From: Minisyncoccia bacterium
Lineage (GTDB): Bacteria; Patescibacteriota; Minisyncoccia; Phycocordibacterales; UBA9973
Assembly (NCBI GenBank): GCA_049317285.1
Contig: JBMOIO010000002.1
Span: 15,312 to 79,311 of the forward strand
Direction of reading: 5' to 3'
Length of the DNA stretch: 64,000 bases
The notes beneath the pieces were generated by a model, which was not told where the DNA came from, did no database searches, and was given only the letters and a program-made list of their open reading frames with translations. Shown here one piece after another: positions 1 through 9,897 of the stretch. Positions within the stretch are counted from its first letter, which is position 1, and each line of letters begins with the position of its first letter. The position numbers and the translations under genes were made by a program.

Positions 1-59
1 TAATAGCAACAGTATAGCATTTAATAACAAAGACCGGCATGGCCGGTCTTTGTTGTGTA

Positions 60-2201
60 CTATTTGCGAGACTCGATGATTGTTGTCGCAACGTTTTGCG
101 GAACAATGTCGTAGCGGAGGAATTCCATCGTAAACGATGCTCGTCCTTCTGTCATGGAGCGAAGGGTTGTCATATATCCGAACATTTCTGAAAGAGGAAC
201 AATCGCGTTGACCACCTGGTTCATACCGCGTGATTCCATTCCTTCGATGATTCCACGGCGAGAAGACATAGAGCCAGTCACATCACCAAAGAATTTTTCA
301 GGAGTTACCACTTCTACCTTCATCATCGGTTCGAGGATCACCGGCTTTGCAGCGTTTGCAGCGTCCGTGATTGCCATTGAAGCTGCGATTTTGAAGGCCA
401 TTTCGTTTGAGTCGACTTCGTGGTAGCTACCGTCGTAGAGTTCAACAGAAACATTTTCCATTTTGAAGCCGGCCAAAATACCGCGGTCCAAGCCTTCCTT
501 GAATCCTTTTTCAATTGGTGGAATGTATTCGCCAGGGATTGCTCCACCTTTAATGGTGTTCACGATTTCAAGCGTACCAATGCGCTTCACATTTTTTGGA
601 AGGTCTTTTGGATCTACTGACTGATCAAGCGGCTTGATCTTGATTTTTACGTGTCCGTAGTTACCCTTACCACCAGACTGTTTGATGTACTTCCCTTCAG
701 CCTGTGCTTCTGCAGTAATCGTTTCGCGGTATGCCACCTGTGGCTTCCCTACGTTTGCTTCCACATTGAACTCGCGCTTCATGCGGTCAACGATGATTTC
801 AAGGTGAAGTTCGCCCATACCGGCGATGATTGTTTCTTCTGTTTCAGGATCGGTCGACACTTTGAAGGTCGGGTCTTCCTGAGCAAGACGGTTGAGCGCA
901 AGGCCCATTTTTTCCTGGTCGGCCTTTGTCTTTGGCTCGATGCGAAGGTTGATCACCGGTTCTGGGAAGGTGATGCGGTCGAGGAGGATTGGTGTCTTTT
1001 CGTCACAGAGCGTGTCGGAAGTGTTTGTTTCCTTCAGACCTACTGCAGCAGCGATTTCTCCTGCAAACACTTTCTTCACTTCTTCGCGCTGATCAGCCTG
1101 CATGCGAACAATACGGCTCATGCGCTCTTTGTTTCCTGTGCGCGGGTTGTATACATACGAGCCTGCTTCAAGCGTCCCTGAGTACACACGGAAGAACACG
1201 AGCTGTCCGACGAACGGGTCAGACATGGACTTAAACGCAAGTGCTGCAAACGGCGCCTTGTCGTCGGCCGGGCAGAGCACTTCTTCGTCAGTGTCAGGAT
1301 TAGTTGCAGACACCGCTTTGATATCGGTAGGGGCTGGAAGGTAGTCAACAACAGCGTCGAGGACAAGCTGAACGCCTTTGTTTTTGAGTGCTGAACCTGC
1401 GTAGACTGGGAAGATATCGTTTGCGATCACCGCTTTGCGGAGAAGCTTCTTGAGTTCTTCGTATGAAGGTTCGTTTCCTTCGAGGTATGCATTCATCATT
1501 GCTTCGTCGTTCTCCACGATGCGCTCAACAAATTCTGCATGGTACTTCTTTGCATCCTCCATCATGTTTTCAGGGATGTCTTTTTCAATCACCTTATTTC
1601 CCATTTCACCTTCGAAGTAAAATGCTTTCATTTTCAAAAGGTCCACTACCCCTTCGTGGTTTTCTTCGAGACCAATCGGAAGCTGTGCGCGCACCGCTTT
1701 CTTTGAAAGACGGTCAAGAATCGTTTTGTATGAGTGCTCAAATGAGGCCCCAGTACGGTCAAGCTTGTTCACAAAACAAATACGAGGAACGTTGGCTTCG
1801 TCAGCATAGCGCCAGTTGGTTTCAGATTGCGGTTCTACACCAGCAACACCGTCAAAGACCACAACAGCGCCGTCGAGTACGCGAAGTGAGCGCTTTACTT
1901 CAACAGTAAAGTCGATGTGTCCTGGAGTATCAATAACATTGAATCGGAAACGAGCGTCTTTTGAGCCGTTTGCGTAGGTAGGGATCCAAGTACAAGACAC
2001 TGCAGCTGCAGTAATAGTGATACCGCGCTCGCGTTCTTGCTCCATCCAGTCAGTAGTGGTTTCACCGTCGTGCACTTCCCCAATCTTGTGGCTCTGCCCT
2101 GTATAGTAGAGCACGCGTTCTGAAGTCGTGGTTTTGCCGGCATCAATGTGTGCGATGATACCGAAGTTTCTTGTTTTTTCGAGTGAATATTCTCGTTCCA
2201 T
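60..2201 (-). CDS. fusA: translation elongation factor G
   Basis: 713 aa; N-terminal GTPase motifs AHIDAGKTT and DTPGH with full-length EF-G-like sequence; lies downstream of rpsL-rpsG. Confidence 0.95.
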   Translation of the reverse strand: MEREYSLEKTRNFGIIAHIDAGKTTTSERVLYYTGQSHKIGEVHDGETTTDWMEQERERGITITAAAVSCTWIPTYANGSKDARFRFNVIDTPGHIDFTVEVKRSLRVLDGAVVVFDGVAGVEPQSETNWRYADEANVPRICFVNKLDRTGASFEHSYKTILDRLSKKAVRAQLPIGLEENHEGVVDLLKMKAFYFEGEMGNKVIEKDIPENMMEDAKKYHAEFVERIVENDEAMMNAYLEGNEPSYEELKKLLRKAVIANDIFPVYAGSALKNKGVQLVLDAVVDYLPAPTDIKAVSATNPDTDEEVLCPADDKAPFAALAFKSMSDPFVGQLVFFRVYSGTLEAGSYVYNPRTGNKERMSRIVRMQADQREEVKKVFAGEIAAAVGLKETNTSDTLCDEKTPILLDRITFPEPVINLRIEPKTKADQEKMGLALNRLAQEDPTFKVSTDPETEETIIAGMGELHLEIIVDRMKREFNVEANVGKPQVAYRETITAEAQAEGKYIKQSGGKGNYGHVKIKIKPLDQSVDPKDLPKNVKRIGTLEIVNTIKGGAIPGEYIPPIEKGFKEGLDRGILAGFKMENVSVELYDGSYHEVDSNEMAFKIAASMAITDAANAAKPVILEPMMKVEVVTPEKFFGDVTGSMSSRRGIIEGMESRGMNQVVNAIVPLSEMFGYMTTLRSMTEGRASFTMEFLRYDIVPQNVATTIIESRK

Positions 2202-2311
2202 ATATATTGTGTGTATTTGTTGTGCTAATGCTTACTTATCCCGATAAATAGAGTGTGCATACTATACCGAGAGATGGCTTTTTTCGCAATAGCAAAGACA
2301 TAATTTACCGA

Positions 2312-2350
2312 AAACAAAAAAACCCACCTGCAATCACTGCTGGTGGGTTT
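2312..2350 (-). terminator. rho-independent terminator/attenuator-like hairpin ~110 nt upstream of fusA
   Basis: plus strand aaaaaaa + acccacctgcaatcactgctggtgggt; read on minus strand this is a GC stem followed by a T-run. Confidence 0.6.
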
Positions 2351-2555
2351 AGCATAAGTTGTACAACTAAAGAATGAGATAATCCCCTTGTTAACCTTTA
2401 ATTAAAACGAGGGCTAATCTTATTTTATTATACCATATATGAAATAAAAAAGCAACCATTTCTAGCTGCTTTTTGTTTTGAGTATAAAAGGATTACCAAG
2501 CAAAGTACGGATTCTCCACTATATAAATAAGACCTGCATACTCCATTTCGCAACT

Positions 2556-2590
2556 GGAAAAACAAAATCCCCTGACGGGGACTTGGTTTT
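2556..2590 (-). terminator. terminator-like hairpin immediately after rpsG stop
   Basis: aaatcccctgacggggactt stem-loop followed on minus strand by aTTTTGTTTTT; stem is short. Confidence 0.5.
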
Positions 2591-3060
2591 TACCAGGCGA
2601 AATGGGCAAATGCTTTGTTGGATTCTGCCATTTTGTGGGTGTCCTTTCGCTTTTTCACTGCATTTCCTTCACCTTTTGCAGCGAGCATGAGCTCGTCGGC
2701 GAGTGCAACCGCGGTCTTCACACCCTTGCGGGCTCTTGCTGAATCGATGATCCATCGCATTGCGAGAGCATTTCGGCGCTCAGTGCGAACTTCGCGAGGA
2801 ACCTGGTAGTTTGCTCCACCAATACGGCGTGAGCGAACTTCCACCAAGGGACCAGCATTTTTCATTGCTGTTTCAAAGGTTTCGAGTGGGTCTTCTACTG
2901 CCTCCTTTTCCTTGATGATAGCCATTGCGCCATAGACCACAGTGCGAGCCGTGTTTTTCTTGCCGTCTTGCATAATGCAGTTAATAAACTTCTCGAGTCT
3001 CTCTGAAGAGTACTTGATGTCAGGCTTTACGATATTTCGATTTGTTACTTTTCTTCGCAT
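2590..3060 (-). CDS. rpsG: 30S ribosomal protein S7
   Basis: 156 aa; matches the S7 family along its length (MRRKVTNRNIV..QDGKKNTA..ANYQVPREVR..WW). Confidence 0.95.
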   Translation of the reverse strand: MRRKVTNRNIVKPDIKYSSERLEKFINCIMQDGKKNTARTVVYGAMAIIKEKEAVEDPLETFETAMKNAGPLVEVRSRRIGGANYQVPREVRTERRNALAMRWIIDSARARKGVKTAVALADELMLAAKGEGNAVKKRKDTHKMAESNKAFAHFAW

Positions 3061-3069
3061 AATACTAGT

Positions 3070-3492
3070 TTATTTCTTTGCTGCCTTAGGAAGCTTGGTA
3101 CCATAGAGTGAGCGACTCTTTCGGCGCTTTTCAATACCCTGAGTGTCTAAGACACCGCGTACTACGTGATAGCGCACACCGATCAAGTCCTTTACGCGGC
3201 CTCCGCGAATCATCACCACTGAGTGTTCCTGAAGGTTGTGCCCTTCGCCGGGGATGTAACCGGTCACTTCCTGACCGTTCGTAAGGCGAATACGCGCAAT
3301 TTTTCGAATCGCAGAGTTCGGCTTCTTTGGAGTAGTAGTGGTCACTTTTGTACAAACCCCACGCTTAAACGGAGACGGATAAAATACCGGCTTGTTGTGG
3401 ATGTGGTTCATACCGCGCGACAAAGCAATCGCTTTTGGCTTGCGACGGACATTTACGCGGGGTCGTTTGATAAGTTGACTGATTCGAGCCAT
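3070..3492 (-). CDS. rpsL: 30S ribosomal protein S12
   Basis: 140 aa; [48 protein letters not shown]. Confidence 0.95.
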   Translation of the reverse strand: MARISQLIKRPRVNVRRKPKAIALSRGMNHIHNKPVFYPSPFKRGVCTKVTTTTPKKPNSAIRKIARIRLTNGQEVTGYIPGEGHNLQEHSVVMIRGGRVKDLIGVRYHVVRGVLDTQGIEKRRKSRSLYGTKLPKAAKK

Positions 3493-3531
3493 GTCCGAGC
3501 ATGGTACTACAGGTAGGAAAAAGAATCAAGC

Positions 3532-5496
3532 CTATACGCTGAAACGCTTTCGAAAGAGGCCTGCGCGGGCAGAAAATGGAGCTGTGACAGAACTCGCCCC
3601 CTGCCCCAAAGGTGCACCAGGGTCGGAAACAACTGCGTAAAATACCCCATCAGGCACTGTGAGATACGCTCGCCCAAAAACTGAAGAAAGTGCTTTGGTT
3701 ACTAGGGTATTTGTCTCCTTTTCAAATACAGCAATAAGCTTGCCCGCCACAGGGAGTTCGGCAGTTTTCTCTAAAAATACGCTTGCATAGGAACCAAACA
3801 CTCCTACCCCTCGAAGCACAGCAATAACAACATAGGTAGCACATACTACAAGAGAGAGAAGGCTTGGGAAGAAGATTACATACAACACTGAAGCTAACAA
3901 TCCTATACCAAAAATCAAAAAGGCTACATTGGTGAGCACTACCTCATGGTAGAGCAAGAATTCTTTGATAGGCGTTATACGAGGAGCTGTTACTGCGCCG
4001 CCTTGGACCGGAACATCAAAGGGTTGTGTCGGTTGGTTGTCGCGAATAAGCATCGGCTGACCACTATAGATACTCTCCGAGAGAAGCGGTGCTGCCGATA
4101 CAAGACCGAGCGTAGTATTTTGCGCATCAACCCGGATAGTATACGCACCGTCCGGAACTACTGCACTAAAAGATCCATCGCTTTGTGTGATAACCGTTGC
4201 TGCCACTGCACCGTATGCATTGACCAGTGTCACATGTCCGAGCGCAATCGGCTGATGGGTCACACTGTCATAAACTACTCCCCACGGCTTAACAGCAGGG
4301 GTAATCCCTAGCACAACAAGGAGATTCTGCCATAAGAGGTACGGGAAGAGTAATAACTCTTCTACCCCCGCAATAGGCACAAAAATAAACAAGAGGAGTG
4401 CAAGTGCGACAATAATAGTAAGTCCGACCACTGCAAGACTAAAAAGAATGTTTTGTATAAACGGATTTGTCATCAGTTCAGCAAGCGCGCGGTTCATTGT
4501 ATCGAAAAGCTCTTGCAACCATTGGATAACATGGCGCAAAAATTCAACTATTTGGTCGCGTGCTTCGGGGAGCTCTATCGTGACAATATCGGTAACGGTA
4601 TTGATAATTGGTGTAATAATAGGAATAACGACTGATTCTGGTGTGAAGTCTGGTTCTGATGGCTCAGATTGCCCAGTTTCTGGGGTAGGAGTAGCGGGTC
4701 TAGTAGGTCGTACTGTACCTGGAACTGCAGGAGTAGTAGGGGTTGTCGGTGTCACCGGCAGAGTCTCAAGAGGTGTTGGTACTACTGGCCAATCCTCGTA
4801 ACGATATTCTCCACTTCCTCCATAAATACATTGGGGGTCATCCCTATCAATAAAGCCATCTCCATCATCATCAATACCATTAGTACACTGTGTAAGTGTT
4901 TCGTCAGGATCATCATCGTCATCAGTACGATGGCGCGATGGAAGATAGTCTGTCTGTACGCAGTTTGCAAGAACAGTACAGTTAAACTCAATCCACCCAA
5001 AGTTCTCGCTCCATGCATAGCCGAGATCACCACCATTAACACCGCGGAAGTATCCATCCCCGTCAATTTGCACCTGCGGCACACTACTGTTATTAAATGG
5101 TCCGAAGTTAATCCAACCAGTATTTTCACCCCACGCATAGCCTGAGAGCGTACCTTCTCCTGAAATATCTACGCGAAAGTTTCCATTTGTGGAACTACAA
5201 CCACTTGATGTATCACTACAATTCATGACTATATACCCCGCGAGAGCACCCCATGCATACCCAGAGAGCCCTTCATCGGTAACTCGTATTCCATAGGCGT
5301 CTTGGGTCGTAAATTTTCCAAAGTTTATTCGAGTGTCGCTACTCGTACTCCCAACATCTGGCAAGTTGTAAAGATTAACCAAATAATTTCCACTGTTACG
5401 CGGATCAATCGTACCGTTTATATCTGATGCATAAGCACTCCATCCAATAAATAGTACTGAGAGAATTATAAAGGAGAATGCGAAGCGCAATTTCAT
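3532..5496 (-). CDS. large secreted/membrane surface protein with W-rich repeats, TSP3-like acidic Ca-binding loop, Pro/Thr linker, TM segments and a CarboxypepD_reg-like beta domain
   Basis: start reset to MKLRFAFSFIIL signal peptide (ORF track extends to 5547 and overlaps the M50 gene). Three G[YT]AW(G/S)ENxGWIxF repeats; DDDDDPDETLTQCTNGIDDDGDGFIDRDDPQC; PVTPTTPTTPAVPG linker; several hydrophobic helices; SDGSFSAVVPDGAYTIRVDA. Confidence 0.6.
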   Translation of the reverse strand: MKLRFAFSFIILSVLFIGWSAYASDINGTIDPRNSGNYLVNLYNLPDVGSTSSDTRINFGKFTTQDAYGIRVTDEGLSGYAWGALAGYIVMNCSDTSSGCSSTNGNFRVDISGEGTLSGYAWGENTGWINFGPFNNSSVPQVQIDGDGYFRGVNGGDLGYAWSENFGWIEFNCTVLANCVQTDYLPSRHRTDDDDDPDETLTQCTNGIDDDGDGFIDRDDPQCIYGGSGEYRYEDWPVVPTPLETLPVTPTTPTTPAVPGTVRPTRPATPTPETGQSEPSEPDFTPESVVIPIITPIINTVTDIVTIELPEARDQIVEFLRHVIQWLQELFDTMNRALAELMTNPFIQNILFSLAVVGLTIIVALALLLFIFVPIAGVEELLLFPYLLWQNLLVVLGITPAVKPWGVVYDSVTHQPIALGHVTLVNAYGAVAATVITQSDGSFSAVVPDGAYTIRVDAQNTTLGLVSAAPLLSESIYSGQPMLIRDNQPTQPFDVPVQGGAVTAPRITPIKEFLLYHEVVLTNVAFLIFGIGLLASVLYVIFFPSLLSLVVCATYVVIAVLRGVGVFGSYASVFLEKTAELPVAGKLIAVFEKETNTLVTKALSSVFGRAYLTVPDGVFYAVVSDPGAPLGQGASSVTAPFSARAGLFRKRFSV

Positions 5497-5503
5497 GCTC
5501 GTA

Positions 5504-6145
5504 TTATAACGCAATACCGGTAAGAAGTGAATACAGCGTAAAGGCAAATGGTACTACTAACTTCCATCCGAATAATATAAAGAGTATCAACAGGGGTAGA
5601 CTAAACTCTTCGAGCTTCTGCATGAACGGTTGTGTGCGCCATGGCAATACACAAGAAAGAAATCGAAAGCCGTCGAGTGGGGCAAGTGGAATACTATTAA
5701 AGAGTGCGAGAATAATATTAATAAGAACAATAATGCTCGCAACATCAATCACTGCAATCGAAGTGTATCCAGTGGCGAGCATCACGCGGATCAAAAGACC
5801 AAACACAATTGCAACCAATAAGTTCACAATGATTCCGGCAACTGAGACCTTTGCTTCACTCACGCGCCCCTCGCGAAGATTGTTTGCGTCATACGGCACC
5901 GGCTTTGCCCAGCCGACAACAAATCCAGCATTGGTAAGAATCAGTGCAAGCGGCAAAATCACTGAACCGAGCCAATCAATGTGCTTCAGCGGATTGAGTG
6001 TGATACGGCCCAAGAGGCGCGCGGTCGGGTCGCCTTCGCGCTCTGCCATAAGACCATGGGCGACTTCGTGCACGATAATACTTGCGATCAAAATAAGGAA
6101 GTAAAATATAGAAAGCGGGCCTTGCATGGCACCAGTATACATCAA
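5504..6145 (-). CDS. site-2 protease family (M50) zinc metalloprotease
   Basis: 213 aa polytopic membrane protein with HEVAHG (HExxH) in the first TM and NxxPxxxLDG-like LAPLDG. Confidence 0.8.
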   Translation of the reverse strand: MMYTGAMQGPLSIFYFLILIASIIVHEVAHGLMAEREGDPTARLLGRITLNPLKHIDWLGSVILPLALILTNAGFVVGWAKPVPYDANNLREGRVSEAKVSVAGIIVNLLVAIVFGLLIRVMLATGYTSIAVIDVASIIVLINIILALFNSIPLAPLDGFRFLSCVLPWRTQPFMQKLEEFSLPLLILFILFGWKLVVPFAFTLYSLLTGIAL

Positions 6146-6191
6146 AAGAGGAGTTGCATATCCCCATACCCTATGGTACTATCTCTCCACT

Positions 6192-6437
6192 ATGGCAAAA
6201 GAATGCATCATCACAGGCAAGAGCTCCCAGATGGGCGGAAAATACGCGAACCGCACTCGTGCGACCGTGTTTACCCCGACCGGCAACCACCGCAAGTATG
6301 CAAACCTCCAAAAGAAGCGTGTATACGTGCCTGAAATCGACAAGACCCTCACCCTTACTGTTTCTACTAAAGGCCTCCGTACAATCCAAAAAAACGGTGC
6401 ATACAACGCACTCAAAACAGCTGGAGTCCTCAAATAA
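6192..6437 (+). CDS. rpmB: 50S ribosomal protein L28
   Basis: start reset to MAKECIITGK; L28-like C.ITGK...G...R and L.VS.KG.R.I.K.G motifs. Confidence 0.8.
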   Translation: MAKECIITGKSSQMGGKYANRTRATVFTPTGNHRKYANLQKKRVYVPEIDKTLTLTVSTKGLRTIQKNGAYNALKTAGVLK

Positions 6438-6456
6438 TTGAAGAAGTAGCACAACA

Positions 6457-6490
6457 AAAGACCGCGATTAACGCGGTCTTTTCCATTTTG
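6457..6490 (+). terminator. rho-independent terminator after rpmB
   Basis: aaagaccgcg-attaa-cgcggtcttt 10-bp stem followed by TTCCATTTT. Confidence 0.8.
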
Positions 6491-6956
6491 CCTTTTCTAT
6501 TATATTTTTTTCCATCCACGAGAATTAGGGTGTCTGATTTTATCCGTAGAAAACTGTACGCCGTACAATTTCGCGGAAGGAGTGATTTCTCCGTCAGCAT
6601 TCGTTGCAAATAATTTTCTCCGATGTGAGTTGGTGGAGAACTTTTGTCTTGATTTTCCGTTCATAACCGTAGTATTTTTTTGAAATTATACCCCCAGTAG
6701 TTGATTTGTCAACGAAGAGAAGTCGTGATAGAGTGGGAGCAAATCCCAGACAGTATGAAAATAAAAATTACCCCCTGGAGAGTATTCCTTTCTTCTACAG
6801 TCGTCTCATTTGTTATTGCTTGCTTTACTGTTAAAAAGAAAGAGGTAAGTGTATCGGAACGGTACGTGATTCATCCTATGGGTAACCATGAGGAACCTCA
6901 TACCGAGAGCATGTTCATTTAAGCCTACTCCTTCTCACTAAGGGAAGGAGTGCTTT

Positions 6957-7820
6957 TTATTTCTGCCCCCATTTTATTCCATCAGTCATAAGTGTCACGG
7001 TCCCCTTCTCCTGAGTGCTTATAAAAGGGATGCCAAATTGCTTCAATCGATCTGTTACTTCTTTTGCGGGGTGCCCATAGCGATTAGCAACTCCGGCTGA
7101 AACAAGCCCAAGAATAGGACTTGTCGCCTTAAGAAATTCTGCACTCGTTGAAGTTTTTGAGCCGTGATGCCCAAGCTTCAAAATATCAACATCTACTGAC
7201 GCTTTGTCTCCGACCGAAAGAAAGTGTTCAATGGAGGCAGGAGCATCTCCTGTCAACAGCATACTTGTATTCCCCATCTGCAGTCTCCCGACAATCGATG
7301 CGCTGTTCGTCTCCCAAAAGGTTGTAGCTCTATCGGGAAAGAGTATCTCAAATGATGTCTGTACGCTTGAGTCATTATCAAGCGCGATAGTCATACCCCG
7401 ACGAGCGTAATATGCCGGAATATTTCTTTTTTCCAATTCTGAAAAAAGGGCGCGAAACTGGTCCGTATCGGTCAAAACATTGGAAGTAAGAAACACTCCG
7501 ACACTGTACCGAGAAAGCACGAGCGGAAGTCCTCCAATATGGTCGGCATCAGGGTGAGTCGCAATGACAACATCAATAGTTCTATCCCCCTTCGGCATCA
7601 CGCGCGCAAGCTCTGAGAGGACACTCGCGTCCTTGCCTCCATCAACGAGTATCTGCTTGCCGTTTTTTGCTTGTATCAAAAAACTGTCGCCCTGCCCTAC
7701 ATTGAGCATATACACCTTTGCTAATCCATCGCCCTTTTTCGGAAGTATAAGAATACAATAAAGACCTATGCCCAAAGTGATCAGTGTCATTAGGAGAAGA
7801 GTCTGAGATTTGCGGTCCAT
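6957..7820 (-). CDS. ComEC/Rec2 C-terminal metallo-beta-lactamase domain protein (stand-alone, N-terminal TM anchor)
   Basis: 287 aa; N-terminal TM; MBL motifs HPDADHIGG, LTGD, HHGS. Confidence 0.8.
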   Translation of the reverse strand: MDRKSQTLLLMTLITLGIGLYCILILPKKGDGLAKVYMLNVGQGDSFLIQAKNGKQILVDGGKDASVLSELARVMPKGDRTIDVVIATHPDADHIGGLPLVLSRYSVGVFLTSNVLTDTDQFRALFSELEKRNIPAYYARRGMTIALDNDSSVQTSFEILFPDRATTFWETNSASIVGRLQMGNTSMLLTGDAPASIEHFLSVGDKASVDVDILKLGHHGSKTSTSAEFLKATSPILGLVSAGVANRYGHPAKEVTDRLKQFGIPFISTQEKGTVTLMTDGIKWGQK

Positions 7821-7865
7821 ACTCCATCAGTATAGTATGTATACATAAAATAATTTTTAATCTTT

Positions 7866-8447
7866 ATGTATACAGAACAGACATTTACTACCCCCTCTTT
7901 TGCAAGCCTTACTTCAAACACAATCGAAGAGCACAAGAAGCTCTATGCGGGCTATGTAAAAAACGCAAACCTTGTCCTTGAAAAATTACACTCCTATAAA
8001 GGTGATGAATCAAAGGCGTATGAGACCGCTGAGCTGTACCGTCAATTTTCGTTTGAATTCAATGGCATGCGAAACCACGAATGCTATTTCAAACTACTTG
8101 AAGGTAAAAGTGAGCTCGCTTCTGATAGTGCACTTCTCAACGCCATCAGCGCTCAGTGGGGAGATATGCAGGCATTTAAGGACACATTCCTCACTCTCGC
8201 GCTTACTCGCGGTATCGGCTGGGCAATGCTCTCATACGATAAAACGGCAAAAAATTTGGTACTGCACTGGGTGGATGAACAACACCTTGGACAACTCCAG
8301 GGTACGACAGCGATCATCGCACTTGATATGTGGGAGCACTCCTATGTTGCCGACTATCAACCATCCGGGAAAAAGCAGTATATAGCAGACTTCATTGAGA
8401 ATATGAACTGGGCTCTGGCCGAAGCGTTTTTTTCACACGCGCAATAA
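7866..8447 (+). CDS. Fe/Mn-family superoxide dismutase
   Basis: 193 aa; C-terminal DMWEHSYVADYQ (the D-x-WEH-x-Y metal-ligand motif), N-terminal His in EEHKKLYAGYV, and NHECYF. Confidence 0.75.
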   Translation: MYTEQTFTTPSFASLTSNTIEEHKKLYAGYVKNANLVLEKLHSYKGDESKAYETAELYRQFSFEFNGMRNHECYFKLLEGKSELASDSALLNAISAQWGDMQAFKDTFLTLALTRGIGWAMLSYDKTAKNLVLHWVDEQHLGQLQGTTAIIALDMWEHSYVADYQPSGKKQYIADFIENMNWALAEAFFSHAQ

Positions 8448-9858
8448 ATTCTGCAACCTCTCTCTTAAAGAGCAGGGCGAAAAAAATGATATATATCGCT
8501 ACAACACCCCATGCCGGAAGGCCCGGGGTGTTGTACGTTGGAAGTGCTGAGAGTAATTCGAGCGCTCGAATAACGATTGTTCCTAAAAACGAAAGTACCG
8601 CACCCAGCACACTTGCAAGAGGGCCCAAAAAGGAACTAATAAGAACCATGCTCCCAAACAGCATGACAGCAGGCGTCGCAACGCCAAGGAGAATATTTGC
8701 CGGCACCGCCGAAAGTGGGGCTGTGCCTGCAAAATACATGAGGTAGGGCAACATGAACACCGGCATCAAGACTGCGAGCATCGTAAGTTCGCGAACATTT
8801 ATATACAGAGTTTTTGGAATAAAGAAAAACAGTGTTTCAACTTTTGGTATGACAGTAATCATACACAGCGTTGCAAGAAATGAGAGATGAAAGCCAGGGT
8901 CATAAAAGAGTGTCGTCGGCGACCAAAAGAAAAATACAATAAAGCTAATAAAAAGGGCGCGAAATGCATTGTATTGTTGCAGTGACAGTGTTGCCAACAG
9001 TGCAATAGACCCCATCACTCCTGCCCGAATTGATGCGACCCCCGCCCCACTAACAAGCACAAGAAAAACGATTGCAAAAAATATCAGTACCATGCGCAAG
9101 CGATTTGGGACACCGCGAAGCATCGCTCCGACACACCCCGCCAAGAGGGTGATGTTGTACCCCGAAAGCACGAGGACATGAAGCACTCCTGTCGTGCGGA
9201 ATAGTTCTTCTGTTTCTTTTGGAATACCACCTTGGTATCCAAGGAGCATCCCTGCTGTTATACCGTCTATAGGAAATGAAACGAAACGCGTAAACACCTC
9301 AGCCAAAACATATCGAGTCTGCGTTGCAAATCGTTCTATACTAAAACTTCCACTCCACACAAGGGTGACATCACTTTTATACGTCACCGCCATAATACCT
9401 TTGCTTTCCAGATACTTTTTATACTCAAAAAGCCGACCCGTGTCAGTGACAAAATCTTCAGGGTGCTCCACAATACCTTTGATGCTCACTGTATCCCCCG
9501 GCAAGAGCAAGAGTGTTTCGTACACGGTGACCTGTATTCGCTTGTTAAACAATTCATCGCGCACCACTACACTGGTGCGGTCGAGTTCTTTATTAATTGA
9601 AAGCACGGTTGCTTCAACTACGCGACTTCCGAACATCTCTGGTTGCACCACCGCTTGCCGGCTCCATACCACCAATGCTCCAGTGACACAGAACACTATC
9701 ACTGCGCTTCCTGCAACCACCCCTCTTTTATTTAATACCCAGCACCACACGCACAACCCAAGAACCATACTGACAAGTACTGTATGAAAAAGTGAAAGTC
9801 CCAACACATGGAACACTACTGCACCAATAGTAATAAAACATACGGCGAGCTCTACCAT
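8392..9858 (-). CDS. comEC: ComEC/Rec2 competence protein, polytopic membrane (competence) domain
   Basis: 488 aa; many TM helices; GVLHVLVLSGYNITLLAG resembles the ComEC GxSHLLAISGLH region; N-terminal OB/DUF4131-like part. Confidence 0.8.
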   Translation of the reverse strand: MVELAVCFITIGAVVFHVLGLSLFHTVLVSMVLGLCVWCWVLNKRGVVAGSAVIVFCVTGALVVWSRQAVVQPEMFGSRVVEATVLSINKELDRTSVVVRDELFNKRIQVTVYETLLLLPGDTVSIKGIVEHPEDFVTDTGRLFEYKKYLESKGIMAVTYKSDVTLVWSGSFSIERFATQTRYVLAEVFTRFVSFPIDGITAGMLLGYQGGIPKETEELFRTTGVLHVLVLSGYNITLLAGCVGAMLRGVPNRLRMVLIFFAIVFLVLVSGAGVASIRAGVMGSIALLATLSLQQYNAFRALFISFIVFFFWSPTTLFYDPGFHLSFLATLCMITVIPKVETLFFFIPKTLYINVRELTMLAVLMPVFMLPYLMYFAGTAPLSAVPANILLGVATPAVMLFGSMVLISSFLGPLASVLGAVLSFLGTIVIRALELLSALPTYNTPGLPAWGVVAIYIIFFALLFKREVAEFIARVKKTLRPEPSSYSQ

Positions 9859-9897
9859 AGGTTCACCGTACCAAAATCGATATTAAATTTTCCTCAA

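Noticed and set aside
2441-2485. Third hairpin-like element (gcaaccatttctagctgc) in the rpsG-fusA spacer
   Set aside because: Stem is imperfect and short; not reported as a terminator.
5478-6104. 208-aa plus-strand ORF
   Set aside because: Antisense to the well-supported M50 protease gene; low-complexity translation.
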